NCBI RefSeq assembly: GCF_006345805.1
Contig: NC_043015.1
Span: 18,662,001-18,726,000, forward strand
Length of the DNA: 64,000 nt
Direction: 5' to 3'
DNA from: Octopus sinensis
Lineage: Eukaryota
A program made the position numbers and the translations under genes. Below are positions 1 to 10,639 of the stretch, piece after piece. How positions within the stretch are numbered: the stretch's first letter is position 1; each line of letters starts with the position of its first letter. The notes below the pieces were generated by a model that saw nothing but the letters and a program-made list of their open reading frames with translations, was not told the DNA's origin and searched no databases.

Positions 1-850
1 CAATTTTATACTTCCTTTTCAGTGCCCTGTATTTCTGTTCGCTTTTTAACTCCCTTTTCTCTTTTCGGTCTAACAGAGATTTCTTTCGAGAGCATGTCTA
101 ACCCTGCCTGGATTCTTCTTTTCCACCATGGATCTCTTCTTTTCTCACTCCCATTATGTTTCTTTTTCTTGACACCAACACCCACGTTTTCTGCTGCAAC
201 AATACTTGCTGCCTTGGTCAAATTATTTGTTTTTGTGATGTTGTTTGTTCTGATGTACTTCAGAATTCCATTGATATTTTTCGTTTCTGATTCAATTTCC
301 ATCGATCAACCTTTTTAAGGTTGCAAATAATGTCGCTATCATTCTCCTGTAGTCTTGCCTTTATTGTCATAGATTGCCTTTTGTTCATCTGTCATGTCAT
401 CATTAGTTTTATTTTTAGTTTTATTGTTTGTTATATCATCTATATGTGTCTCATCAAGTAAACTACCACTGCTCCTTTCCTGTGCTGTGGGCTGACTCTT
501 ATTCGTAAGAACTGTATTTTCATTGTTATCTCTGCTGCTCTCCGTCTTCTGATAGCTTCGAGCTCTACTTCTATGAACCAACACTTTTTCCTTATTGTTC
601 TAGCTTGATCATAATCTCTGTTCCATGAGTTGAAACAATCCCTTTTCTCTCCAATGATCATACATACGTTGTCGGTAACCCCTAATTTGAGCACCATTTT
701 CATCTACCGGGTTGCTCAGGCAGTAACAGTCCATGACCACAGCATTAATTTGCTTGCTCCATCTACGCCATGTGTGGTGGTCCCTTTCCCGATATCGACA
801 GGCTGGAGCTGGAACAGAATCTCTGAACCTACAGAGTGTAACGCTGTCAC
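1..850 (-). mobile_element. 5' part of a decayed R4/Dong-clade non-LTR retrotransposon, cut by the window start
   Basis: Minus-strand peptide ILKYIRTNNITKTNNL...RRDPWWKRRIQ closely matches the N-terminal region of the element at 36594-37500 in this window; an (ATT)n tract lies upstream at about 1053-1127. Confidence 0.75.
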
Positions 851-1051
851 CATCACCATCACTAATATCACTGATATTATTATTTTTATGTGTAGTCGCA
901 GCAGTGTTTGCAGCAACAGCAACAGTAACGTGGGTGGGTTAGTGGTAAGGGTGGTAGTTGGGCCTCAGATTCCAGTGCTATCATAATAGTAGAAGTTGTA
1001 GTGTTAATGTAGTGTTAGTAGTATTAAGTATTATCATCAGCTGCAGCAGTA

Positions 1052-1052
<1 letters not shown>

Positions 1053-1127
<75 letters not shown>
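1053..1127. repeat. (ATT)n microsatellite
   Basis: Direct reading of the sequence. Confidence 0.95.
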
Positions 1128-1394
1128 TTTATCATTATCACCATCGCCACTACCACCACCATTGTTTTTGGGAAAAGTTGGGTAGCATTTTGTTAAGAGG
1201 TCATATTCTACAGGTCTATAAATAGATTCGGCAGATGGTGGGGAGGTCAGCCATAGAGACAAAAGACTCTTCGCACCCTTTAGGTTAGGAGAGGTCAAAC
1301 GATACTGGGAGCGCTGCTTTGAAAAGAAGCAATTCAGCTTGTTCTATTTGAAATTACTGGTAGGAAAACAACAACAACAACAACAACAATAGAT

Positions 1395-1725
1395 ATTAAG
1401 GCAGAAGTGAGGTGTATTAGAGATGACATCGAGTACGTAACGAGGGGCAAACAAAACGGCACCATTTTGATGCTGTTTAAATCAGAAGCCCTCACTATGA
1501 AACATTCAGTGACCCCTTGCAAAACTAGCAAAGTCATTATATGCCCCTCCCTCATGGGGAAACGTACAGTACGTGTCTGCATTCCTAGGACTCCATCAGG
1601 ACTTGATATTTGGTGGCTTCCGGGATGCGTAATCGTGGAGGGGACGGATACTGTTCCGATAGAGGTGACAAAGACTGCCAGGGAAGACTGGTCCGGGACT
1701 GACCGGGAGATACTTTTGTAGATCA
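1395..1725 (+). pseudogene. Fragment of a Tx1/L1-like LINE ORF1
   Basis: FKSEAL..KTSKVIICPSLMGKR..LDIWWL..EDWSGTDREILL aligns by eye with FHTEEL..RTYQVTMVPSYLGRR..VDTQWL..EIWTGKKLEILL of ORF1 at 27771-28030. Confidence 0.7.
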
Positions 1726-1769
1726 GACCCGAAAAAAAAAAAAAATCCCGGACCACATCCATCACCAAA

Positions 1770-2950
1770 TGACTGAGAGCAAAAGACCACATTACCCTCC
1801 ACCGCCGCACCAATCATCCACATCATATAATTCGGTCGAATCCGAAATCCCAATTTTTGAGGATAAAACAGATTTCTACTGACATAGGGGATTACTGGAA
1901 AGCTGCAAATGTTTTTATACGCCATTATGTCAAATGCGGTTACAGTGAGTCACGATTAAAGGAAATAGCAAATGAGATAGCTAAGATTACCAAAGAAAGT
2001 CAAAACTTCACGCACAAGTTTAGCAAACACAATGCAATATGTGACAGAATTCCTTTAGTGATTAATTGACACCGCAACTTCGCTGGTATTTCAAAAGTGT
2101 TGCATAAAAGTTACCAGCATGTTGCGGGAAAGTATCCTTGTTTCAAACAGATATTTCCTCAGTCGCCTGTTGTAACCTTTAAACGGAATAAAAATATAAG
2201 AGATCTATTGACTTCTATTTCTGACTCCAAGAAAACTAAGATTGGAGTATCTACACGCTGTAACTTAAAGAACAGCCGCAAGAGAGGTAATCCCTGTGCA
2301 ACAACATGAGTGAAGTGAATTCCATCAGGGATCATAAGAGAAATGCTATGATTTATACAGAAGGTGGAACATGTAAAGATTCCCATTTGGTGTACGCTGC
2401 TGAATGCACGAAATACAACTTAATTTATGTTGATTGCACAACAGAACAATTAAACAAAAGGTTTAATGGTCACAGATTCGACGTCAGGCACAAAACAGTA
2501 GTTCCACAGAACTTGCTGAACATTTTGTTTCAAGCGGCTTCAATTTTGAGGAAGTCTTGAAAGTGCATATTCTCAAAAAATATTCTGAATCTGCTTCTCT
2601 TTCAATACTCAAAATACATGAGGAGAAATATGTTTGTGGGTTACATCACGCCCTGGAGGAATGAATAAAATGACAGAATATCATCAAAATTTATACAAAA
2701 CTGTTTAATTGAATATTCTTCTTTTTCCTTTCTTTTTTTCCTGTCTTTTTCTTTTCGCCTGTTATAAAATTGAAAGACTGATGATGTCATTCCATCAACG
2801 TGTGAACGCTGGTTGCTCTCGTTCATACTTTAGATTTGAATTTCTATAATTTTGCATTTTTATCACATTTTATTTTGAATTCGACAAAGTCAGGCTTGCT
2901 GTCGAAATATCGTTCAACCAATAAAATATCTATTGCAATCGCATCGCGCT
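1770..2950 (+). mobile_element. 3' part of a Penelope-like element (RT thumb, GIY-YIG endonuclease, 3' pLTR region), degenerate
   Basis: HRRTNHPHHIIRSNPKSQFLRIKQI...CGYS (the PLE HP..K.SIPYSQFLR...RGY motif); CKDSHLVYAAECTKYNLIYVDCTTEQLNKRFNGH (GIY-YIG); terminal TSRPGGMN matching the PLE TL.P.GLN motif. Confidence 0.85.
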
Positions 2951-3004
2951 CTTCGTCTTGTCTATTTACCTTTGAGAAGAATTACGTCAATCCTTTTAAA
3001 ATAT

Positions 3005-3025
3005 AATAATAATAATAATAATAAT

Positions 3026-3064
<39 letters not shown>

Positions 3065-3076
3065 AATAATAATAAT
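3005..3076. repeat. (AAT)n/(AAC)n microsatellite at the 3' tail of the minus-strand LINE
   Basis: Direct reading of the sequence. Confidence 0.9.
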
Positions 3077-3254
3077 TTCTTTATTAGCCACAAGGGTTTA
3101 CATTAAGAAAAACATTATGCACTATACAATCTCGTTCACCATACAACCTCTTTCACCATGGCCACCAGGTATATAAAAGCAGTCTTTCCTTCCCGGTTAA
3201 AGGAAGGCGGCGGGGCGATGATCACGATGGATTCAGTTGACAGTCGGATCCGTC

Positions 3255-4412
3255 TGTAGCAATATTGTTTTCTTCATTGCTATCTTCACTGTTTGAGAAA
3301 AATATTAAGAATGATCTCATTTGAGATTACAAACATCTTTGGCTAGTTTAACGTTGTTGTGTCCACTATTTTGATTGGTTAGCATCTAAGCGCGGTCTGT
3401 CTCTCTACTTACTTCGCGACAGTGTGTAAACTGACCAATCACGGCTTTCGGATAGGACTTTTCATTTGAGCCATCTTAACTCTTTAAATAGGCTGATATA
3501 TCACGATTCACTGTCTTTTGGCTTAAGACCTTTTAAAGTCTTAGTCGGAGACCACACAGAGCATACTCAACCATGTTCCATTTCGAAAGGCAGACGACAA
3601 CCAAGCAAAAGATAATATGAAGACGCTATAGTAAACCAAGCGACAGACATAACGTCATCACCAACATCGTCTCTATCTACGAAGATTTAACTTGTACACA
3701 AGATAACTACAGATTCAACTCATGCTGTTAGGTGAAAATCTCACCACGGAAAAACAGTTGCAGTATATATATCTGAAAGAATATCTATATCAAGAGAAAA
3801 ATAAGCATAACAAGTGACTCGACTAAACCTCTGACCACAGAGCTACTCAACATGTTCATCACTGTACCAACTTCAAGTCACCATCACCATCGTCCACTTC
3901 AGACATGTACACACCAACTTCACAGAACCACGCTGTTAGAGTGAATCCCTTCACCAAGTAGAAACAGTCCATCTGAAGAATTCTATATTAAGAGAACCCG
4001 CTCGCCGATTGAGACCACGACCGCGACTCGACAATAATTCGCCCAACTGGCCTCCGCCCGAGACACAACATCTTGATATTGACTCTTACATATCGTGTAC
4101 CTTATGAACTGTAAACCAATTTCCATCATTAACTCTATGCCCTGTACCTACTATGTCACACGCTTTCACCCTTATTGTATCTCTCACGCACACACACACA
4201 CTTGCTAGCACTCACAACCTTCTAACATTAACACCATTGTAAATAAAATCTTCTCTTCTCTCAAACAGTGGAACGACTTGTCGTCAATTCATCTATATTC
4301 TGTTGGCACTGCATTGTATAAATTGTATTTATGGCTTATCATATTTCGTTAGGGATGCGACCGTGTGACTTACCTACGTCACCAACCTCCACATATGGTC
4401 GTATTTCCTACA
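3255..4412 (+). mobile_element. Solo LTR (1158 bp) inserted into the LINE ORF2
   Basis: TGTAG...CTACA termini with a 4-bp TSD CGTC (3251-3254 and 4413-4416). Removing it restores the LINE frame LSHVRRIRLSTESIV. It contains CCAAT-like boxes, AATAAA near 4243, and an internal diverged duplication of roughly 280 bp. Confidence 0.8.
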
Positions 4413-6693
4413 CGTCTTACATGAGACAGCAGGTGTGCGACATAAACCCACATGTCAGAAATGCTCGGGCAATACTGACATGTGAGTGATGCAGGACTGT
4501 CTTGTCGTCCTGCGCGATTGTCGGACACTCTCGGCTGACGGCACCTACCTGTAAAGTTAATCTCGAACAGGCAAAGCTCCCCGGTAGAACTGCCAGGCCA
4601 GAGATTTCAGGAAATTATTCATCGGTCCCGGGCCGTAAGTTCTCAGCGGTTAGCTGATCTTCAACGCCCAAAGTCTTACCAAGAACGTCGTCGCTCTTTT
4701 CCTCCACTAATCCTCTATAAAAAGCTAAGGTGGACGTTCCATCTATCGCATTGTCCGATTGGCTGAGGGCTGTGAGCGCTTGGAGACATTCTACTTCTCA
4801 ATGCTCTGCCTTGGTTTCTGTTTTACCCTGGACTGCAGTCCGTTCAGCGCCCGACAACGCAGTTGGACGGCATGGACTTGCTTCTTCAGGTGCCGAGCTG
4901 CAAGCTCACTGATTTTTCCTGGTTAATTGTCGCTCCTGAAACCGCCTCGTAGTCCCTGACAGCAGTGCCCATCATTTCTATTTGTTTATGATCCGACACA
5001 ACTACGGTGACGTCGTTGGCATATGCCGACACGCATCTCCCACATCCTAGGACATACAGGATGCCTCTCAATGCCTCCAGTTTGTGTATTAATGGCGCGA
5101 GAATCAGTACATACAAAAGAAACGAGAGGGGGCAACCTTGTCGGACCGAGTGCATGATGTTAAACTGTTCTGAGAGGTGACTGTTCACTCTGACCACTGA
5201 AGAAATGTCTCTGTGCATTACAGCGATCCAACCGCCGAATACAGGCTCGAAGAGGACGATTAGAATAGAATCGATAAAGCTTTGCAAAGGATTTGCAGTA
5301 GAAAGAAACAGAGTAGAGCAGAGTTGCCTCGAGGACTGCCGCCAGGTATAGATGGTCGCACCTATTGAAAGCTTTAGTTGAGCTAAATTGATCAGGGCCT
5401 TACCCGTTCCAGGTTCTTTAGCCACTTTATCAATGATGTAGCGCATGATGTGGAGGTTGTCGTTTGTCCGTTGTGTTCCGGCTAGGATCGGATCGTGAAT
5501 TTATTGCCCTACCGTGCCTCTTCCACTCGGGCCCATTGAATGGCTTTCATTCCTTCGTGTATAAGTACTCGTGCCTTAGCTCTGACAATGCAACCTTCGT
5601 GTTTCGCGTTGAAGAATTTGTCGAGTGCCAATCTCGCTGCGAGCACGTCGTTCGCGATGCCTTTTCTAAATGCCTCTTCTAACTTCTTGACTAGCTCTGC
5701 TCTACTCTGTTTCTTTCTACTGCAAATCCTTTGCAAAGCCTTATCGATTCTATTCTAATCGTCCTCTTCAGAGCGAACCACCATCTATTGTTGATTATTG
5801 CCTTAGTCAACGCCCTCTTAACTAGTTCACTAAACCGGTCTCTGAAATCTTTACGCGCCTGCAATGACGTGTTCAACTTCCAGTAACCGGGTCCCTTTCT
5901 ATGAATCTTATCTAAGTCGGCTGTACAGATCTCGAATTTGTGGTTTGTGTAGCCGACTACTTTAAACTGTGAACAACCTATGCTATCCATATCTGCTACT
6001 GTACAGAGTACCCTATCTAGGTACAATCAGGATGACCCGATGCAGTTTTACCAGGTCAACACTGGTCCATCTGGGAAATCGATACCTGCCAGACAGTTGG
6101 AATCGTCTATGCAGGTCTGCGAGGATTTTGCGCCCTCCTCTCCTATCTGCTAAACCTACACAGTCCCACCTTACATCTAAAACTCCATTCCAATCTCCCA
6201 CTAACACTAAAGAGCGGGACGTTCCCAGGAAAGTTTCCAGACGTCTGAAGAAATTAGGTCGTCCTGCCCCTGTCTGGGCATAGACGGCAACTAGCCTGAA
6301 AGTATGTCCTTTGCTGCTTGTTACATGTAAGACCACCGGCTTACCTTCCGGATCCAGGAAGGTCGTCCGTATTGTAAGATCCAGATTTTTCTGAACCGTC
6401 ACGGCGACCCCACCTCCCGCTCTCGGACGACTTGGGGATACATACACCTCATAGTCATGGAAAATGGGTTGGAAGTCGTTTGAGTCGGAAATCCGAGTTT
6501 CACTAACGGCCACCACGTCGACATTCAGTGTCCTGAGATCGTTGAGCAGGTGACCCCGCTCCTAAGGCAACCCCAGGCCACGTATATTCACATTGTCTAT
6601 TCTGTGCACGACCATATCGGAAAAATAAAATAAAAGGGAAACTTACTTGGATTTGCTCGTCCCTCCTGTTTCCCGAGTAAATAACCAAGTATT

Positions 6694-6792
6694 TTCTTGG
6701 TCATATTCCCTCGGAAATCTCTGAGTTCTTGGTCATATTCCCTCGGAAATCTCTGAGTTCTTGGTCATATTCCCTCGGAAATCTCTGAGTTC
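6694..6792. repeat. 3 x 32-bp tandem repeat TTCTTGGTCATATTCCCTCGGAAATCTCTGAG within the LINE ORF1 3' end
   Basis: Three exact copies read directly. Confidence 0.95.
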
Positions 6793-6829
6793 CTGTGGGA
6801 ATTGGGCTTTTAGGCGTGTGTATATGTTT

Positions 6830-9805
6830 TGTGTTGTTCGAATGATTTGTATGTGTGCATACAAATATGAGTGTTGTTCGAATGATTTCTGGGTGTGTGC
6901 ATACAAATATGAGTGTTGTTCGAATGATTTGTATGTGTGCATACAAATATGAGTGTTGTTCGAATGATTTCTGGGTGTGTGCATACAAATATGAGTGTTG
7001 TTCGAATGATTTTATGTGTGCATACAAATATGAGTGTTGTTCGAATGATTTCTGGGTGTGTGCATACAAATATGAGTGTTGTTCGAATGATTTGTATGTG
7101 TGCATACAAATATGAGTGTTGTTCGAATGATTTGTATGTGTGCATACAAATATGAGTGTTGTTCGAATGATTTCTGGGTGTGTGCATACAAATATGAGTG
7201 TTGTTCGAATGATTTGTATGTGTGCATACAAATATGAGTGTTGTTCGAATGATTTCTGGGTGTGTGCATACAAATATGAGTGTTGTTCGAATGATTTGTA
7301 TGTGTGCATACAAATATGAGTGTTGTTCGAATGATTTGTATGTGTGCATACAAATATGAGTGTTGTTCGAATGATTTCTGGGTGTGTGCATACAAATATG
7401 AGTGTTGTTCGAATGATTGTATGTGTGCATACAAATATGAGTGTTGTTCGAATGATTTCTGGGTGTGTGCATACAAATATGAGTGTTGTTCGAATGATTT
7501 CTGGGTGTGTGCATACAAATATGAGTGTTGTTCGAATGATTTGTATGTGTGCATACAATATGAGTGTTGTTCGAATGATTTCTGGGTGTGTTGCATACAA
7601 TATGAGTGTTGTTCGAATGATTTGTATGTGTGCATACAAATATGAGTGTTGTTCGAATGATTTGTATGTGTGCATACAAATATGAGTGTTGTTCGAATGA
7701 TTTCTGGGTGTGTGCATACAAATATGAGTGTTGTTCGAATGATTTGTATGTGTGCATACAAATATGAGTGTTGTTCGAATGATTTCTGGGTGTGTGCATA
7801 CAAATATGAGTGTTGTTCGAATGATTTCTGGGTGTGTGCATACAAATATGAGTGTTGTTCGAATGATTTGTATGTGTGCATACAATATGAGTGTTGTTCG
7901 AATGATTTCTGGGTGTGTGCATACAATATGAGTTGTTGTTCGAATGATTGTATGTGTGCATACAAATATGAGTGTTGTTCGAATGATTTGTATGTGTGCA
8001 TACAATATGAGTGTTGTTCGAATGATTTCTGGGTGTGTGCATACAAAATGAGTGTTGTTCGAATGATTTGTATGTGTGCATACAAATATGAGTGTTGTTC
8101 GAATGATTTCTGGGTGTGTGCATACAAATATGAGTGTTGTTCGAATGATTTGTATGTGTGCATACAAATATGAGTGTTGTTCGAATGATTTCTGGGTGTG
8201 TGCATACAAATATGAGTGTTGTTCGAATGATTTGTATGTGTGCATACAAATATGAGTGTTGTTCGAATGATTTGTATGTGTGCATACAAATTGAGTGTTG
8301 TTCGAATGATTTGTATGTGTGCATACAAATATGAGTGTTGTTCGAATGATTTGTATGTGTGCATACAAATATGAGTGTTGTTCGAATGATTTCTGGGTGT
8401 GTGCATACAAATATGAGTGTTGTTCGAATGATTTGTATGTGTGCATACAAATATGAGTGTTGTTCGAATGATTTGTATGTGTGCATACAAATATGAGTGT
8501 TGTTCGAATGATTTCTGGGTGTGTGCATACAAATATGAGTGTTGTTCGAATGATTTGTATGTGTGCATACAAATAGTGTTGTTCGAATGATTTCTGGTGT
8601 GTGCATACAAATATGAGTGTTGTTCGAATGATTTGTATGTGTGCATACAAATATGAGTGTTGTTCGAATGATTTGTATGTGGTGCATACAAATATGAGTT
8701 TGTTCGAATGATTTCTGGGTGTGTGCATACAAATATGAGTGTTGTTCGAATGATTGTATGTGTGCATACAAATATGAGTGTTGTTCGAATGATTTGTATG
8801 TGTGCATACAAATATGAGTGTTGTTCGAATGATTTGTATGTGTGCATACAATATGAGTGTTGTTCGAATGATTTGTATGTGTGCATACAAATATGAGTGT
8901 TGTTCGAATGATTTGTATGTGTGCATACAAATATGAGTGTTGTTCGAATGATTTGTATGTGTGCATACAAATATGAGTGTTGTTCGAATGATTTTATGTG
9001 TGCATACAAATATGAGTTTGTTCGAATGATTCTGGGTGTGTGCATACAAATATGAGTGTTGTTCGAATGATTTGTATGTGTGCATACAAATATGAGTGTT
9101 GTTCGAATGATTTCTGGGTGTGTGCATACAAATATGAGTGTTGTTCGAATGATTTGTATGTGTGCATACAAATATGAGTGTTGTTCGAATGATTTGTATG
9201 TGTGCATACAAATATGAGTGTTGTTCGAATGATTTGTATGTGTGCATACAAATATGAGTGTTGTTCGAATGATTTGTATGTGTGCATACAAATATGAGTG
9301 TTGTTCGAATGATTTGTATGTGTGCATACAAATATGAGTGTTGTTCGAATGATTTGTATGTGTGCATACAAATATGAGTGTTGTTCGAATGATTTCTGGG
9401 TGTGTGCATACAAATATGAGTGTTGTTCGAATGATTTGTATGTGTGCATACAAATATGAGTGTTGTTCGAATGATTTGTATGTGTGCATACAAATATGAG
9501 TGTTGTTCGAATGATTTGTATGTGTGCATACAAATATGAGTGTTGTTCGAATGATTTGTATGTGTGCATACAAATATGAGTGTGTTCGAATGATTTGTAT
9601 GGTGCATACAAATATGAGTGTTGTTCGAATGATTTGTATGTGTGCATACAAATATGAGTGTTGTTCGAATGATTTGTATGTGTGCATACAAATATGAGTG
9701 TTGTTCGAATGATTTGTATGTGTGCATACAAATATGAGTGTTGTTCGAATGATTTGTATGTGTGCATACAAATATGAGTGTTGTTCGAATGATTTCTGGG
9801 TGTGA
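6830..9805. repeat. About 3-kb minisatellite of interspersed 40-bp (A) and 42-bp (B) units, roughly 70-75 copies
   Basis: A = ATGAGTGTTGTTCGAATGATTTGTATGTGTGCATACAAAT; B replaces GTAT with CTGGGT. No unique spacers. It accounts for the long repetitive ORFs at 6701-9861. Confidence 0.97.
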
Positions 9806-10145
9806 CAAAATCTTTTGGTTATGTACTTCATTAATTCATTGTATTTTGTGCTTATTGACATGTAGTTTGCAATGCTAGTCTTTTTAATTTGTGTTTGTTG
9901 TTGCTGTTGTTGTTGTTACTGTGGTTGTTGTTGTTGTGGTGGTGATGATTGTGGTTGTGATTGTAGTTGTGGTTGTGTGTGGGAGATGGCTTGTGTTTCA
10001 GGTGTTAGAGGTGGTGGTATCGATGCAGTGTTTGTTTTGGGTGTATTTGCTTTTGTGGGTTTGATATTTTTCTTTCTACTTCTTGCGTGGATGAAAATTG
10101 TTGTTTGTCCATATATTTGCTTTTCTTTCTCTTTTTTCCGTTTGC

Positions 10146-10420
10146 ATGATCCTTGAGAAAAGTCATAATAAACGCAGATGTTTCAGTTCTGCGTGGATTG
10201 ATTATAAAAAGGCCTTTGACAGCATACAGCATTCATGGATCTTGAAATCGCTGGATATTTTCAAAGTTTCTCCTGTAATTTAAAACTTCCTGAAGCACAG
10301 CATGTTAGTGTGGAATACGAATCTCCAATTATACCACTCTAATGAAGTGCTGACCACAGAAAATATTAATATCAACTGTGGCATTTTCCAAGGTGACTCA
10401 CTTTCACCTTTAATTTTTTG
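10146..10420 (+). pseudogene. R4/Dong-type reverse transcriptase fragment
   Basis: LEKSHNKRR..AWIDYKKAFDSIQHSWIL..NININCGIFQGDSLSPLIF is clearly homologous to the RT at 39420-39725. Confidence 0.9.
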
Positions 10421-10639
10421 GTGTCTCTAATTCATGTTTGGATCCGACCAGAAAATCTATTGTGTCTTTCGCAAGACAGCTGTACGTTATTCCCCCCTCC
10501 CCTTTGTAACTGTTTGTGGAATTGTGACCCCAGTTTGGTGTATAAAATCTTGTGAAAATTTTTATTTTTCGGGAAAGTGTTTCATGTCAGTGTTTTGCTG
10601 TTGGGCAAAACGCTAGCAAAAGACACTTCATCGTTGTTC

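Larger units (their letters stand above)
3075..10145 (-). mobile_element. Decayed Tx1/L1-clade LINE (ORF1 C-terminal part, APE, RT, zf-RVT, 3' tail), interrupted by a solo LTR, an inverted insertion and a minisatellite
   Basis: ORF2 starts at ATG 6615 (MVVHRIDNVNIRG..VAVSETR); APE motifs LVAVYA and LVGDWN; RT motifs SVRQGCPLS and SAYANDV; GPMNNFLKSLAWQFYRGALPVRD near 4560-4630; YLVAMVKEVVW near 3150; homologous to the element at 26819-32262. Confidence 0.9.

Noticed and set aside
3290-4267. TGTTTGAGA...TCTCAAACA as the LTR boundaries, or a CACTG-type DNA transposon
   Set aside because: There is no TSD at these ends, whereas 3255-4412 has a TSD and restores the LINE reading frame.
6830-9805. 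CRISPR-like appearance of the 40/42-bp array with a palindromic core
   Set aside because: There are no unique spacers, only two alternating variants; the context is eukaryotic, there are no cas genes, and the origin traces to LINE ORF1.
6701-9861. Three ORFs of 718-1035 aa as real repeat proteins
   Set aside because: They result from a stop-free repeat unit, and frames switch at indels. There is no independent evidence of translation.
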